A DNA stretch of 41,396 nt from Vitrella brassicaformis CCMP3155 (taxonomy: Eukaryota > Protista > Chromerida), in contig CDMY01000619.1 in NCBI GenBank assembly GCA_001179505.1, positions 1-41,396 on the forward strand, in the 5' to 3' direction. The stretch's first letter is position 1; each line of letters begins with the position of its first letter. Positions 1 through 12,025 of the stretch are shown here, piece after piece. Below the pieces are notes generated by a model, which was not told where the DNA came from, did not search any database, and was given only the letters and a program-made list of their open reading frames with translations. Both the position numbers and the translations under genes were made by a program.

Positions 1-138
1 CGATGGACTGGGCGGTGATGTTGGCGATGTTCTCCTCACTCACGCTATACCTGATGGGCAGGCAAATCAAGGGAAGACCCAATGACGCGGGTCATCATGT
101 AGGTGTGTGTACTGTGTGTTGGCGTGTCGGCCGTTCAC

Positions 139-2607
139 TTACTCCAACTCTTTGGTGCTCATGAGGGCCCCCTTTTTGACGAACATCGGCCCGCTCTCCA
201 CCGGCACCACACGCAGGTACACCTCCTGCAGCAACTCCCCACGAGCCGCTATGATAGCCCGGTGAGGTGTTGCTGCCTGAATACATGTAATTCAACGCAC
301 ATCCAGACGAAGAGACATGTCAACAAAAAAGAGAGGGCAGGAAGGGGTGTGTGCGTACCCGCGCCCATAAAGAGATCCAGTACAATGCTCCCGCTGACGA
401 CGTTGTTGGCCACCGTCTGGGCGGTGATAGCGCGAGGTTCTCCTGCGCCCTGTCTGAGAGCATAGGGCACACACACATGCTTCATCTGTGTGTGTGTGAT
501 GTGATGTGATGTGGTGTGGTGCATTCAGACGTACTCGAGCTCCTCTGTCGACATCCTGGCGCCCTCGGCTGCTGACCTCCTCCAGCGTCACGTCGACGAC
601 AGACAGACACCACACTCACGCGCCTCCCGTCCGTCCATCCACTCCTCCATCCGGCCGATCTGATCAGCCTCTCGTCTGTCTGCCTGCCCGCCTCCCTGTG
701 TAATCCAGTCAGTCACACGAGCGGAGCTCAGCCATGCAACTAGCACATGTGTGTGAGTGTGTGTGTGTGTGTGTCTGGGAGATGCATGGATGGCATGCAG
801 CCCAGCCCAGCCCAGCCGTCGTAGTGTAGTCAGTTAACTGTAGATGAGCTGGAGCCGCTCGGTGGTGTGGCTGGCGCCGCTGTGGACTAAGCTCATCACA
901 CGGTCTTCAACGGTCGTGTGTCCGGCTGAGCACTTGGTGTAGGAGGACTGGGGCAATTTCTTGGCGATGCTGCAGACAGACGAAAATACACACCGACACG
1001 TAGACAGACAGACAGACACACATACATACTGGTCAACAGTCGTTCGTTGGTTCGTGCGGTGTGTGTGGCACGCGTGTGTTGTGGACAGACAGGAGATTCC
1101 ATCCGTCGCACTCACTGACCGGTCTGCGATATTGCCGAGGTATACTGTGATGAATTTCAGGAGGTAGTTGAAGCGCTTCCCCCTGGCGGCGGGCAGTCTC
1201 GTGACGTAGGCCTCGATGACAGGGGGCCGGTAGGTGAACAGGTGCGTCCCGCTCCGATGGAACTCCCGTGTGGCCTCCCAGGCCGCCAACTCGGCCTACA
1301 TTACATATGTACAAAAATACATGGGAGGGAGGCACAACAAACAGACAGACAGACAGACAAACAGACGGAGAGTGGAAGAAATGTGAGGGACACAGTTGAA
1401 GACGTCACCCTCCCTCCCTCGTCTGTCTGTCTTTGCGTGCGTACCTGCGCCAAGGTAAGTAAGCTGTTGTCCTAATGCGAACCAACCAACGAACCAAACC
1501 AACCAGCAAGGAAGAAAGCCCGCCCTGTCTGTCTGTCTGTCTGTCTACGGTCCCAAGCAACAAACGACAAACAAGACCCTCACAAACAAACAAGAAACAA
1601 AGAAGAGCTAGCTAGCTACTCACAAAGAGACACGTACACAAACACATACACGCATGCATGCACGGCTGGCGGTCTCTGTCCAGTATGTTCTCTATTCATT
1701 TCATATGCTTGCCATAAGTCTGTCTGTCTGTGCAGGAGCGGAGGAATTAGTTGATCGATGATTGTGATATGTTAAGGGCGAATTACGGAGGGGAGAAGGC
1801 CGTCGGGGGGGTTGTGTGGTTGTTTGTGTGTTGCCGTGGCGTCGATGCGCCTCCACAAGTCGGGGCCGGGTTTCGTTACCATTTGTTTGAAGCGTAGAAG
1901 GCCATGAGGCGGGCGGGCGATGAGGCGATGGGCGTCGATCGAGAGATGAGGAGGAGAGGAGGAGAGCTTTGGCGCTTTTCCCTTCTTTCTCGAGAGAGAG
2001 TCTGACGATGGGGGGGAGCTTCCGCGGACGCGCCTTGTCGTCTGCGGCGGCGCTACATACAGAATGTACTTGACTTTTCTCTTTTTTTCGTCTCACCGGC
2101 TTTGCTCTTCTTTTCCTTCGTCGACTGAGGATCGATTCGCATGGGGGAGACACCTGCACAGCACACAAACACATACACCAACACAAACCATGTCTGCTGT
2201 CGTTGAGGACTTCGTCGAGAAAAGGAGACGACCATTTGGAGAAAGAACACAAGCATGCCAACAGGGCACAGTGAGATCACCACAGCAATGAGACGGACTA
2301 TGCAGTCATCCTTGAACACCGTCATACACCATACCGCAACAGCCAACAGAAAAAAAGAAGGTACTCACCTGGGAGGCTGCTTTGAAGACAAAAGAAGCGT
2401 GCGCGCACTCAGCTGACGCCAGACAGTCGCCAGTGACTCGCCACCGTTCAGCCTAAGGCAGGGCGCCACCGGCGGAGGCCTCGCTCGTGGCCCGGCGGCA
2501 GAGGAAGGAAGTGGCGGGTGAAATCCGGACGAGTTGGGAGGGGTAGAGGGGGACGAGGCGGACCACACAAGCCAAAAAGCAGATGAAAAGACAAAGAAGC
2601 GGGGCAT
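139..2607 (-). CDS. Hypothetical multi-exon protein (model uncertain; may be more than one gene)
   Basis: Protein-like exons between GT/AG sites: AELAAWEATREFHRSGTHLFTYRPPVIEAY...LGNIADR (~1295-1120), IAKKLPQSSYTKC...ERLQLIY (~970-838), GAGEPRAITAQTVANNVVSGSIVLDLFMGA (~450-360), terminal ...RAIIAARGELLQEVYLRVV...STKELE* (stop 139-141). Putative hydrophobic first exon MPRFFVFSSAFWLVWSA from ATG 2607. Several junctions are unresolved. Confidence 0.35.
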
Positions 2608-3046
2608 CTGTGGCCGAAAGAAGGCTGCAAGGCGACGCGGAGCCAAAAATGTGAAGAGCGGGACGAAATATTGTCTCGCAATCGAATTTTCTCGTCCCGT
2701 CTCCAATTCTCGCCGAGGGAGAATCATTGCTACGAATCATGATCTGTCTTTTTGCAAGACGCTGGCTCCGGAGAAACGCAATAAGCCCTCAGCCGAGGGG
2801 AAGCGAGACGCCCGGGATCTCGCCCCCACGTATTCCCTCAACCTGCAAGCGAGCGGGCAACGACAGCGACGAACGACTGTATGCAAAACAGACGTCCTCA
2901 TGGATTTAGTGCAGGGCGGACAATATTTCGCCGAGTGCGTGTGACATTCGACTGAAGAATAGTATTCAAAACCCGGCTTCACTCAAATAAGCAAATGCTA
3001 TCATACACACTCACTGGCGGCCGTTCGAAAAGACCGACCACGAGTA

Positions 3047-4352
3047 CTACTGCACACTGCTGTCAATGACGACCGACTTGTTTGGTCGTTCGTTGACGGT
3101 GAGAGTGAAGATGTCGGGGCGGTTGTAGTGGCCCACCACATCAAGGTCCATCTTCCCTCGCACCACCTGCACACACCCACGACAGATGCGAGTGTGATGC
3201 GTGTGTGGGCGTGTTGATGGATGGATGGATGGACACACCTCATCGAGGTCGATGTCCGCCACAAGCACTCCTTCCTCGCCCCACAAAGGACCCGCCACAA
3301 CCTTGCCAAACGGAGAGATGATCTGACAGACCCCCCGACACACATCCACACACGCGCAGTCATCCACTACACTCGTCGGCGTGAAAGCTCGTTTGTTGAG
3401 CACTCACCGCGCTGCCTCCCTTGAAGAGCGGCGCACTCGCCCCCGGCTCTGTGAAATACTGCACCGCTGTCAGCACCCAACACCGGCCCTCGACAGCGAT
3501 GTGCTGGCAGGTGGGCAGCCAGGTGTCCCGGTCGTCAAGTGTGGGTGCGCAGTAGACCTCCACCCCCTTGCCGTAGAGAGCCGTGCGAAGCAGGGGCATG
3601 TAGTTCTCCCAGCTATAGACGTGACAGACAGACAGACAGACTCAAATGAATGATTGCGGGCCCGATGGCAGGTCGATTGCCTACCATATGGCGGCTCCGA
3701 TGCTTCCAAAAGGCGACTTGATGACGGGCAATGTGCTCCCATCTCCTCGCCCCCACACCAGCCGCTCAGTATCTACACACACACATATATGCACAGGTTT
3801 GCAAAGCTCCTATCCCTCCCTCTCTCTCTCTGGAACATTAGCCCACCTGTGGGCACGAGCTTCCGCCTCTTGCCCACCAGCTGCCCCTCATTGTCGAAAA
3901 ACAGCGCCGAGCAGTAAAGTGTGCAGGCCTCCTTGTCCTTCTCAATCACCCCAAGCACCATGTACACACCGAGCTCCTTGGCCAGGCCGGCCAGCCGCTC
4001 CGTCTGCGGCGATGGCACCTCGATGGCGCCCTCGACATACCGCCGATACACGTCCTTGCTCTCTGGTGTGCCCGGAACAAACCCCTGCACACAAACACCG
4101 ACACACACGCAGAAAGAGAGGTACATAAGAGATAAAGATCTATGCAATCGGGTCTAATCGGGTCCGTACCAGTGCCCGTGCGTAGCCTCCGATGAGCGCC
4201 TCAGCACCAACCACCAGCTTGGCGCCCTGCTCTGCCGCCTGCGCAACCTTTCTCCGCACCACGTCAAACGTGAGGTCAAAATCGAAGATGCCGTCTTTGA
4301 TAACAGGGCCTGCCTGAAGCACCGCTGCCTTATAACGACGCTCTGATGCCAT
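3047..4352 (-). CDS. Nitrilase (carbon-nitrogen hydrolase), 6 exons
   Basis: Spliced product has the Glu-Lys-Cys triad motifs [17 protein letters not shown] and [13 protein letters not shown], plus EVYCAPT, HIAVEG and the C-terminal [14 protein letters not shown]. Introns are canonical GT-AG. Confidence 0.95.
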
Positions 4353-4650
4353 GCGCCTCTCTGGGAAGTAGGATCCTGCCCATATGGGTCCTACGGCGTC
4401 GAGATGGAACATGGAGCTGTCGAGCTGTGCTGGATGCTGAACCGGGCTTGCTGCTTGCTTGCCGTAATGCTCCTGCGGATCTATCGCTCAAAAGGATCGT
4501 TTGCACATAGAAGCTCGCGGAAGAGGAAGGAAAAGAGGAGGCTGGGACAAAAAGCAGCAGCAAGACGACCAGACATCATCATCCTCCACTCTTGACTCAT
4601 TCATTTACTGGCGGCAGCTTCTCCAACTCACATAGGTCAGCAACCGCGCA

Positions 4651-6037
4651 ATGGCATCTGGAGGTCCTGCGTTCGGCTGTGCAGTGGTGATTGGCATCGG
4701 GCCTGGTCTCGGCACATCAGGTCAGCGAGTCAATCAAAGTACCAGTCTGAGATCTGTAGGTTCTCCCTTGCACCGAGATCTGTGATTTGGTGTTTGCGCT
4801 GCAGTGGCGAGAAAGTTCGCAAAGGAAGGGTATCCAGTGGCTCTCGTGGCGCGGTCAGAAAAGCACCTCAAGCCCTTACAGGCCACCATCGAGAAACAAG
4901 GTGCACACCTGACTTACAGGCGTCTTTGGCGGATGCTTTTGTGTCCGAGTGCTTGGCGTGTGTATGCAATGCAGGTGGCAAGGCCCTCAGCGTGTGCGCC
5001 GACGCGTCGAGTGAGCAGAGCTTGAAGGACGCCTTCGGTGTCATTCGCTCTCAGTTGGGCGACGTAGAAGTGCTGGTACGGTGGGTGCATGACAGCAGAT
5101 ATGACATGCAGAGAGCTCTTACTCTCTCTCTCTCCGTCTGTTTGAGATGCAGGTGTACAATGCCGGCGGTGGAATGCCGTCGTGGCCGCCACCGCCCGTC
5201 ATGGAGCTTGACACGGCGGTGTTCGTCAACAACCTGCAAGTCGGTACGTGTTGAGCCTAGCTGTGGCTGCACCGCGTGTGAGAACGTATCAGTGAGCCAT
5301 CCATCCATCCATCCATCTGTGCACTGTGTGCCGGCAATGCATCATTGCAGGCTGCACCGGCGCCTTTGTCGCGATCAAGGAAGTGCTGCCAGCCATGACA
5401 AAACACAAGAAAGGTAGGTTAGGTAGGAAGGAACCACACACACACACACACACAGACAGACAGACAGACAGAGCCCAGACACACGGCGCTGTCTGTCTGT
5501 GTGCCAGGCACCATTCTGCTGACCGGTGCGACGGCGAGCCTGAGAGGCGGGGCGAGGTTCGCTGCTCTGGCCGTGCACAAGTTCGCTTTGAGGGCTCTGG
5601 CCCAGTGTGTGGCTCGCGAAGTGCAGCCCAATGGCGTCCACGTGGCGCACATCGGTAAGCAGGTGTGTGTGAAGCAAAGTGTCTGCACATCCACGGGCGG
5701 GTATCTATGTTTGTGTCTGTCTTTTTCCCTCGTTGGCTACAGTGATTGATGGGCAGATCGGGGCGTCCTATGCAGACGAGGGCGAAATGACTTACCACAT
5801 CCGAAAGTCGTAGGCACACACATCCACACACTCACACGCCCATGCCCATGAAAGCACCTGCCCATGTGTCTGTGTGGTTGCATCCGATCCATCCATCCAT
5901 GCAGTCAGCCCGACCGTGCTGAGGACAGCTTCCTGAACCCCGACGCCATAGCGGCCACCTACTGGCACCTGCACACCCAGGACAGAACAGCATGGACTCA
6001 CGAGCTGGAACTCAGGCCGTACGTCGAGAAATGGTGA
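4651..6037 (+). CDS. Short-chain dehydrogenase/reductase (SDR), 8 exons
   Basis: N-terminal VVIGIGPGLG Rossmann motif, LVYNAG, GTILLTGATASLRGG, KFALRALAQCVARE, GVHVAHIVIDG and C-terminal PDAIAATYWHLHTQDRTAWTHELELRP. Confidence 0.92.
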
Positions 6038-6917
6038 CACTGCCAGGACATCTCCCTCTGTCTGCCGCTCTCCCATTTGGTTCTTTGAAATTGATCGGTC
6101 GGCCTTCCTCTTTTTTCGGGGGCATTTGAATGGCACCGCTTTGTTTGTTTGTTTGGTGAGTGTGTCGAGGCATTTGGTCGGCCGGTGTATAAGTGTAGCG
6201 GATGAGGTGTGTGGACTGTAATGCCAGGCGGGTGAGGTGCACACAGGCTGGGCTGACTGTTTGAATGCAAGTCAAGACCCACTATGGGTCCTCTCCCATT
6301 GTGTCTGTGAGTGCCGGTCAGTCGCACACTGCCGCAGCCGCAACAGGAAGCGGCTCTCTGATTGAGAGCCAGCCAGTCAGTCAGTCAGTGTTTCTGTGCC
6401 GCCCACTCTCTGTGTCTCGGTTGCTCACACTCGCACAAAGCCCTCCATACAACCACGAGAATAACATCGGGAATTCATCAAGTGCATCGTAGCAGTCTTA
6501 GCAAACAGAGGCACTGACAGACAGACACCCTTACATTCAGACATTTACCGACCCAGGGGCCAACGCACCTTCCTCTGCCCTCAGGCTGGATGGATGTGTG
6601 CCTCCTGGTACATCCGTGTAACCCTCCAGGAGCAGGCTTACGAACCTTCCAGCGAAAGAGGCTCGTCTGTCTCTCCTTGAGGGACCCAACGCACGCAGAC
6701 AGGAAAGACCACACCACACCAGTGTACACCCACATGCACACACAACCGCATACGAGCCAAGAAACACGAAAAGACACGGGAGATGACGTGGAAAAATCCG
6801 GCCGACGTCAGAAAACACGCAGCAATCACATCACATCACATCACATCACATCAGGTGACCGGACACCGTGCAAGCCAGCGCCTCCCCGCTCGCGGCTGTT
6901 GCTGTTTCTCCCTCAAA

Positions 6918-8604
6918 TCAGGCCCCCTGTGACTTTGCCGGTGCGAGAGGCGTCAGCTGGTAGAAGCGCCAGAAGCCGTTGTGGTGCACCTCCTCCACAT
7001 CGTAGCCCGCCGATTTGGCGATGGCGCGGAGCGTACTCGGCTGCGCACGGTCGTACACACCACACAGGTATAGAAAGTGGTGGAGGGGTGGGTGTGCTGG
7101 GGATTTGGTGGGGTGGGGGACGATTACCCTGATGGCTGTGCCGATGGCAGCGGATGAGTGCCAGCACTTGGAAGCGGGCAGGCAGTGCAGCACACTGAAG
7201 CCGTAGTTCAGTCGACCCAAGAAATTGTTGGGCTCATCCGACGGCGAACCGATCTAACACACAGACACAAGACACATGGATGGATGGATGGATGGATGGA
7301 TGGGCCCACTGGCTCACTGACCTTGGTAGGGTCTTTGGGTAGCATTTCTTCCTCAGTGTCCGGGACGCCCTCGTCAGCGACAAACACGATACCGTCGTCG
7401 TGCAGCAGCGGGAGCAGGGACTTGAGCACCGTCTCCGGATTGTGCATGTCGTGCAGCGACTCGCAGATCATTATCAAATCGTAGTCGCCGTCGGACACCT
7501 CGTGGGCGTACTTGTGGTGGAGCGCTATGCGGTCACTGACGCCCTCCGCCTCGATATTCTGACGCGCCAATTCAAGCGACTTCCTGGCACGCACAATACG
7601 ATCGACCACTGGTTGTTCGTGCGTGTCGGTTGTGTGTCCCGCCCTCCCTCCCTCCCTCTCTCACTCGTCTAGGTCTACGGCATCGATGACGTTTGTGAGA
7701 TGGGGCAGCCCCTTGGCCAGCGTGATGGTGCTCCACGCCTCCCCACACGCTGCCACACACACAGAGGGAGAGAGAGAGAGAGGGGGGGGGGGAGAGAGGG
7801 CATCTTGCATGAGAATGGTGGGGTGTGCTGTGTGGATAGCGAGCACTCACTCACTCACTCACCGACGTCGAGGATCTTCGCCCCGGGTGTCTGCAGCTTG
7901 TCCCACACCTTCGTCTTTGGCAGCCACTCCTGCAGCATCTCGTGCTTGTACAACGGCCGATTGCCCTCACTGATGCCCTCCAACAGGTCCGGCCCGTAGT
8001 CATGGTAGGGCATGCCGCCACCCGTCCTGCACGCTCACACACACACAGATGGACGTGCAGCGGACGGCAACACCACTCTCTCTCTCTCTCTCACCGAAAG
8101 GCCTCCTGCAGTGCGCCGAGTATCGGTGTGATGGACGGCAGGAAGCACGTGAAGGCGGCGCAGTAGTTGGGATGCTCCCTGTCACAGAGGGCCGACGCGT
8201 GGCCCGCCGGCAGGATGAAGGCCGCCTCATCGTTTGGCGCCTTGATCAGGTACCCCTGCACGGCACACGACTTGAGGAACTCGACGATGTACCTCTCAGA
8301 CAGCTGCATCTTCGTCGCCAACGCACTGGCTGCACAGAGAGACAAACACGCGCAGCATCGCCATCGCCATGCACTCATGAGTGTGTGTAATTCATGAGTT
8401 GGCTGACCTGTGACGGGCGTTTCGGTGCCGAACGATCTCATGGCGTCGAAGATCTTGAGGCGGTGGCCCAGATACAGCTGCAGCACTCCCATCGACGCTG
8501 CGCACAAGAGGAAACACACACGCGCGCAGTGTCCCGTGAGCCTTTTCACGTTCCCTACTTGCGAGATCATTGATGAGACGCTCCTGAAAGCCCGCCGCAT
8601 CCAT
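6918..8604 (-). CDS. Class I SAM-dependent methyltransferase with N-terminal winged-helix-like region (Rv2258c-like architecture)
   Basis: Exons join to give MDAAGFQERLINDLA-TSMGVLQLYLGHRLKIFDAM...LSERYIVEFLKSCAVQGYL, SAM motif KILDVG|CGEAWSTI, VDLD, YDLIMICESLHDM and C-terminal GFSVLHCLP...AIGT...PSTLRAIAKSAGY. Confidence 0.88.
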
Positions 8605-8858
8605 GATGTCGACGAAAGAGGGACAACGCCGATCTGGCACACCTGGCAAGGGTTTCACAAAGCACCCTAGGCGGCCAGAGCTGAGCGAGCTTAGAAGTTT
8701 CAAGCAGCCCGTTGCGTCCGCGCACATTCATGGGAAGCAGCATGCCGGCACGGTACGCCTTTCATCTCTGCTGTTCATCTTTGTGCAGCCTTCGTGTGTG
8801 TCCAAAGGCGGCCCTCTTCTGCACGTGATGACGTGATGGGCGTGATGGCATCCATCCC

Positions 8859-9411
8859 ATGACATCAGCTGCTACAAGCGGCCATGAGTGCCATGAGCAT
8901 GCTGCGAGTGTTGACCGTGGTTTGGAGGTGCGTCGGTCTCTCATCCGCGGCGCTGGAATGGGGCTCTTCGCTTCCAAGGCATTCAGACGGGGAGAGGTGC
9001 TCTGCGAATACACCGGCACTGTGCTCACTCTCAGGTGAGAGGGGGAACGAACCATGGGGCAAGGCCATCCATCCATCTCACACGGGGAGGGTCGATGGAT
9101 CTGTGTGCCTTGTGTGGTGCAGGCAGCTGCTGCAGCAGAGGGACCGGACTTATGTGATGGGCGGCTTCGGACTCAACGCCCACATCGACGCGGGACCACA
9201 CCCAGAGGTCTGACAGAAGAAGTGTGTGGCACACAACTGATGGTTGCCATAGTCCAAGTGTTTGGTTGGCTGGCTGCCTGGCTGCGTGGCTCTGCAGGTG
9301 TTGGCTCGTTATATCAATGACAACTTCGACAAGAGCAAGATCAACGTCAGATTCAACAAACTCAAGACCCTCAAGTAAGACCGCTCACCAGCCATGCACA
9401 GCTGGCCACTC

Positions 9412-9446
<35 letters not shown>

Positions 9447-9631
9447 GAGGGCCGAGGTGATAGCTCTGCGCGACATCGCGCCAGGAGAGGAACTCTACGC
9501 CAGCTACGGACAGGTAAACAGCTGCGCCAAACACACACACAGGTTGAATGAACATTGTGTGTGTGTGTGTGTAGGTGTACTGGCGCGGCTACGAGGCACG
9601 CCAGCAGGCCACGGCGGGCACTGCCAAGTGA
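8859..9631 (+). CDS. Minimal SET-domain protein, putative lysine methyltransferase (copy A), 5 exons, ~140 aa
   Basis: GLEVRRSLIRGAGMGLFASKAFRRGEVLCEYTG, HIDAGPHPEVLARYINDN, RAEVIALRDIAPGEELYASYGQVYW. All four introns are GT-AG and keep the frame. Confidence 0.92.
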
Positions 9632-10017
9632 CTGACCATTGGCCATGATGTGTGGTGGCCTGCTGCTGATGTGTTGCATGGAGGGTGCACAACGCACGAC
9701 GAGTACCTCTGTTGATAGAAGGGTCGGGGCACACTGCATGTGGCGTATGGAAAGAACTGTTCGTCGAACGCTGCCTGCTGTTGTACTGCTGCTTCCTGTG
9801 TCCATCCTGTTGGTCTCTGTCGGTCCATCTGCACACCGACATGTAGGCGAGTGTAACATTTCGCACGCACCTGGGTGCAGCACACCATACATCTGCAGAA
9901 GGGTGTGTCACTCGAGTGCATGCAAGGTGAACGTCAGGTGAGCTCGCTGGGGGCCAACACCGGGGGCTTGACGTCAGTCATCGCAGAACGACGCCTTTTG
10001 AGAGTTTTGTGAGGATC

Positions 10018-12025
10018 ATGGCCAGTGCACCCGACCCCATTGCCACGCAGTCGGCTTCGGCCACCACCACCAGAGACAGGGAGGGGAACCGACGAGTCCC
10101 GCTGCAGACCTTCCTCCGAGAGAATATGATGCTCATCCTCCTGGGAGCCTTCGCGGCGCGTAAGCCAGAAGAAAAGACGGCTGACCATGCTCGCTTCTCG
10201 ATGAGTGATGTTCTTCTTCCCCATCACACGTCTGCAGTGACCGACTGGTTCTCCTTCTTGGAGATGCTGATTGACGAACCGTCCGAGTACACCGTGCCCC
10301 CTCAGTGCAAGACCCTCCTGCTCGCGTCTGCCTTCATCTCCACCACCCTGCTCGTCCTCAGGTGGTGGCTCGAGTATCAGCTAGTGAACGCTACTATGGT
10401 ATGATTGCGGCCAAGATCAATCACGTCTCTCGGGGCGATTGGTCTCATGTGGTGTCTCAGGTGAAGCGCGTGAAACGGCCGTCGAGAGACATCGAAATGG
10501 GCGAGCACACAGTGCACTCTCGCCTCATCCAGCCCGGCGTAGCATCACAGGCCTCTACACCCCGAGGGCCCTCTGTCAAGGCACCCGAGATACCCCGCTT
10601 CCACCGGCCCGATCCGCCTCAGTGGCTCGTCAGCATGACCCCTTTCTTGGGCAGCATCTCGGTCTGCAATGACAGCATCGACTTGATCAACGTCGTTGTC
10701 ATTCTGCGGACCAATCCAGGAGCCAGCACTATGGGGACACTCATCTGCAATCTCTTTCTGGATCTCCTCAATGCCGTCGCCTCGGCCTATGAGGCCATGG
10801 GCTTCGAAGCCTCGCAGCAGCAGCTGGCGCAGGAGACAGAAACTCTCAGGCTGCGAGGAGACGCACGGGAAATTTCGAAGCTCCCCCAGATGCTCGCTGG
10901 TCCCTGTTTTATGGGAGCGATCAGTGCGGTGTTGGCTGTTTGGTTCCCTGCGCTTTCTTGGCTGTTTTCTTTCTTGTTCTGGTTCCTCGGCGTTTTCTTG
11001 CCGGTGGTGGGTATCATCGGTATCATTCACGGGTCAATCCAATACTATCACCCTGGCAAGATCTTCGTCGACTACAGCAGATTGGGCCTCCTCCACCTCC
11101 TGATTGCCGAGCTTGTCGATGCGACGACTGACTGGATCACATGGTTCACGATCGCGATGGCCAGCGAGAGGGTCCCCACATGGCTTTGGCGGCTCTACCT
11201 TCTTTCCCCTTTGACAGGAGGCCTCATGCTTTATCCTTGCCTGGTCGCAATGCTTGAAGCCAAAATCGATGCCAAGGCCCACCAACAGACGATAGGAAAT
11301 CGTCTTGCCAACCTAATCTGTGAGGATCTTCTGGGCCTGGTGTGTAACATCTTCTTCCTCTGCTATCCCACTTACCAGCTGCAACTGCTCCCCATTGCCA
11401 ACATCATCCTTACGCTGGCGGTCATTACCTGTCAGCTGATTACAGAAATCAAGGGGCTGCTTCATGCCGAAAAGCTTTTGGCAGAGACTCTGGATGAGAG
11501 ACACATCGAGGAGCTTCTGAATGATGGAGCGGATCCAAACATGGCGTGCGGTGAACCACTTCGGCGCGCCCTGATGATCAAGGCAGCGGAAAAAACAATA
11601 ACGACCGCATATTCAAAATCGTTGAGCTGCTGTTGGAAGCCGGAGCAGACCCGAATCTCTACAAGACTCAGGCAGGGGGCTTGGCTATAGCACCTTTGGA
11701 TTTAGCGGTGACAAAATGGCGAACAGAAAATATTCAACCAGGCTCACGAAGTATTTGCGTCTGACTTCAGGCACTGCAGCCCGAGCTGAACGATGTCGCC
11801 GCCCTCCTCGCAGCCAATAAGGCTAAGCACTCCAAGGATTGGCACAAATACGGCGGCCGCACCGACCGGAAAGCCTATGCTGCCATTGTGATGCGGTCGA
11901 ATGCCCTGCAAGAGAAGAAAGATCGCAACTTCCGCGAAGCGCACCATCAAGAGGTCGACAATGCAGAGAAAGCGTTGAAGGCCGACCTGAAGGCCCTTGC
12001 TGATGCAGCTAGGCGAAGGAATTAG
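10018..12025 (+). pseudogene. Multi-pass membrane protein with C-terminal ankyrin-like repeats (copy A), apparently frameshifted at ~11590
   Basis: Exon 1 starts MASAPDP, followed by an intron at ~10400-10460 and a long hydrophobic exon 2. The ankyrin-like text (FKIVELLLEAGADPN...APLDLA|ALQPELNDVAALLAANKAK) is out of frame after the A6 run at 11590-11595, and the upstream frame stops at 11690. Could be an assembly error. Confidence 0.7.

Noticed and set aside
340-400. VLDLFMGAG as a SAM-binding motif of a DNA methyltransferase
   Set aside because: The final G/T codons lie across a gtacgc splice donor, and the best downstream frame gives FMGAATPHR. No other MTase motifs were found.
9639-9941. 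Cys-rich ~100-aa ORF shared with 36841-37158
   Set aside because: Starts and ends differ and a 7-nt indel breaks the frame, so the similarity is explained by DNA-level duplication.
11585-11600. Programmed -1 ribosomal frameshift at gga aaaaac
   Set aside because: The 0-frame codons GAA AAA ACA do not form an in-frame X XXY YYZ heptamer, and the intact paralog lacks the site.
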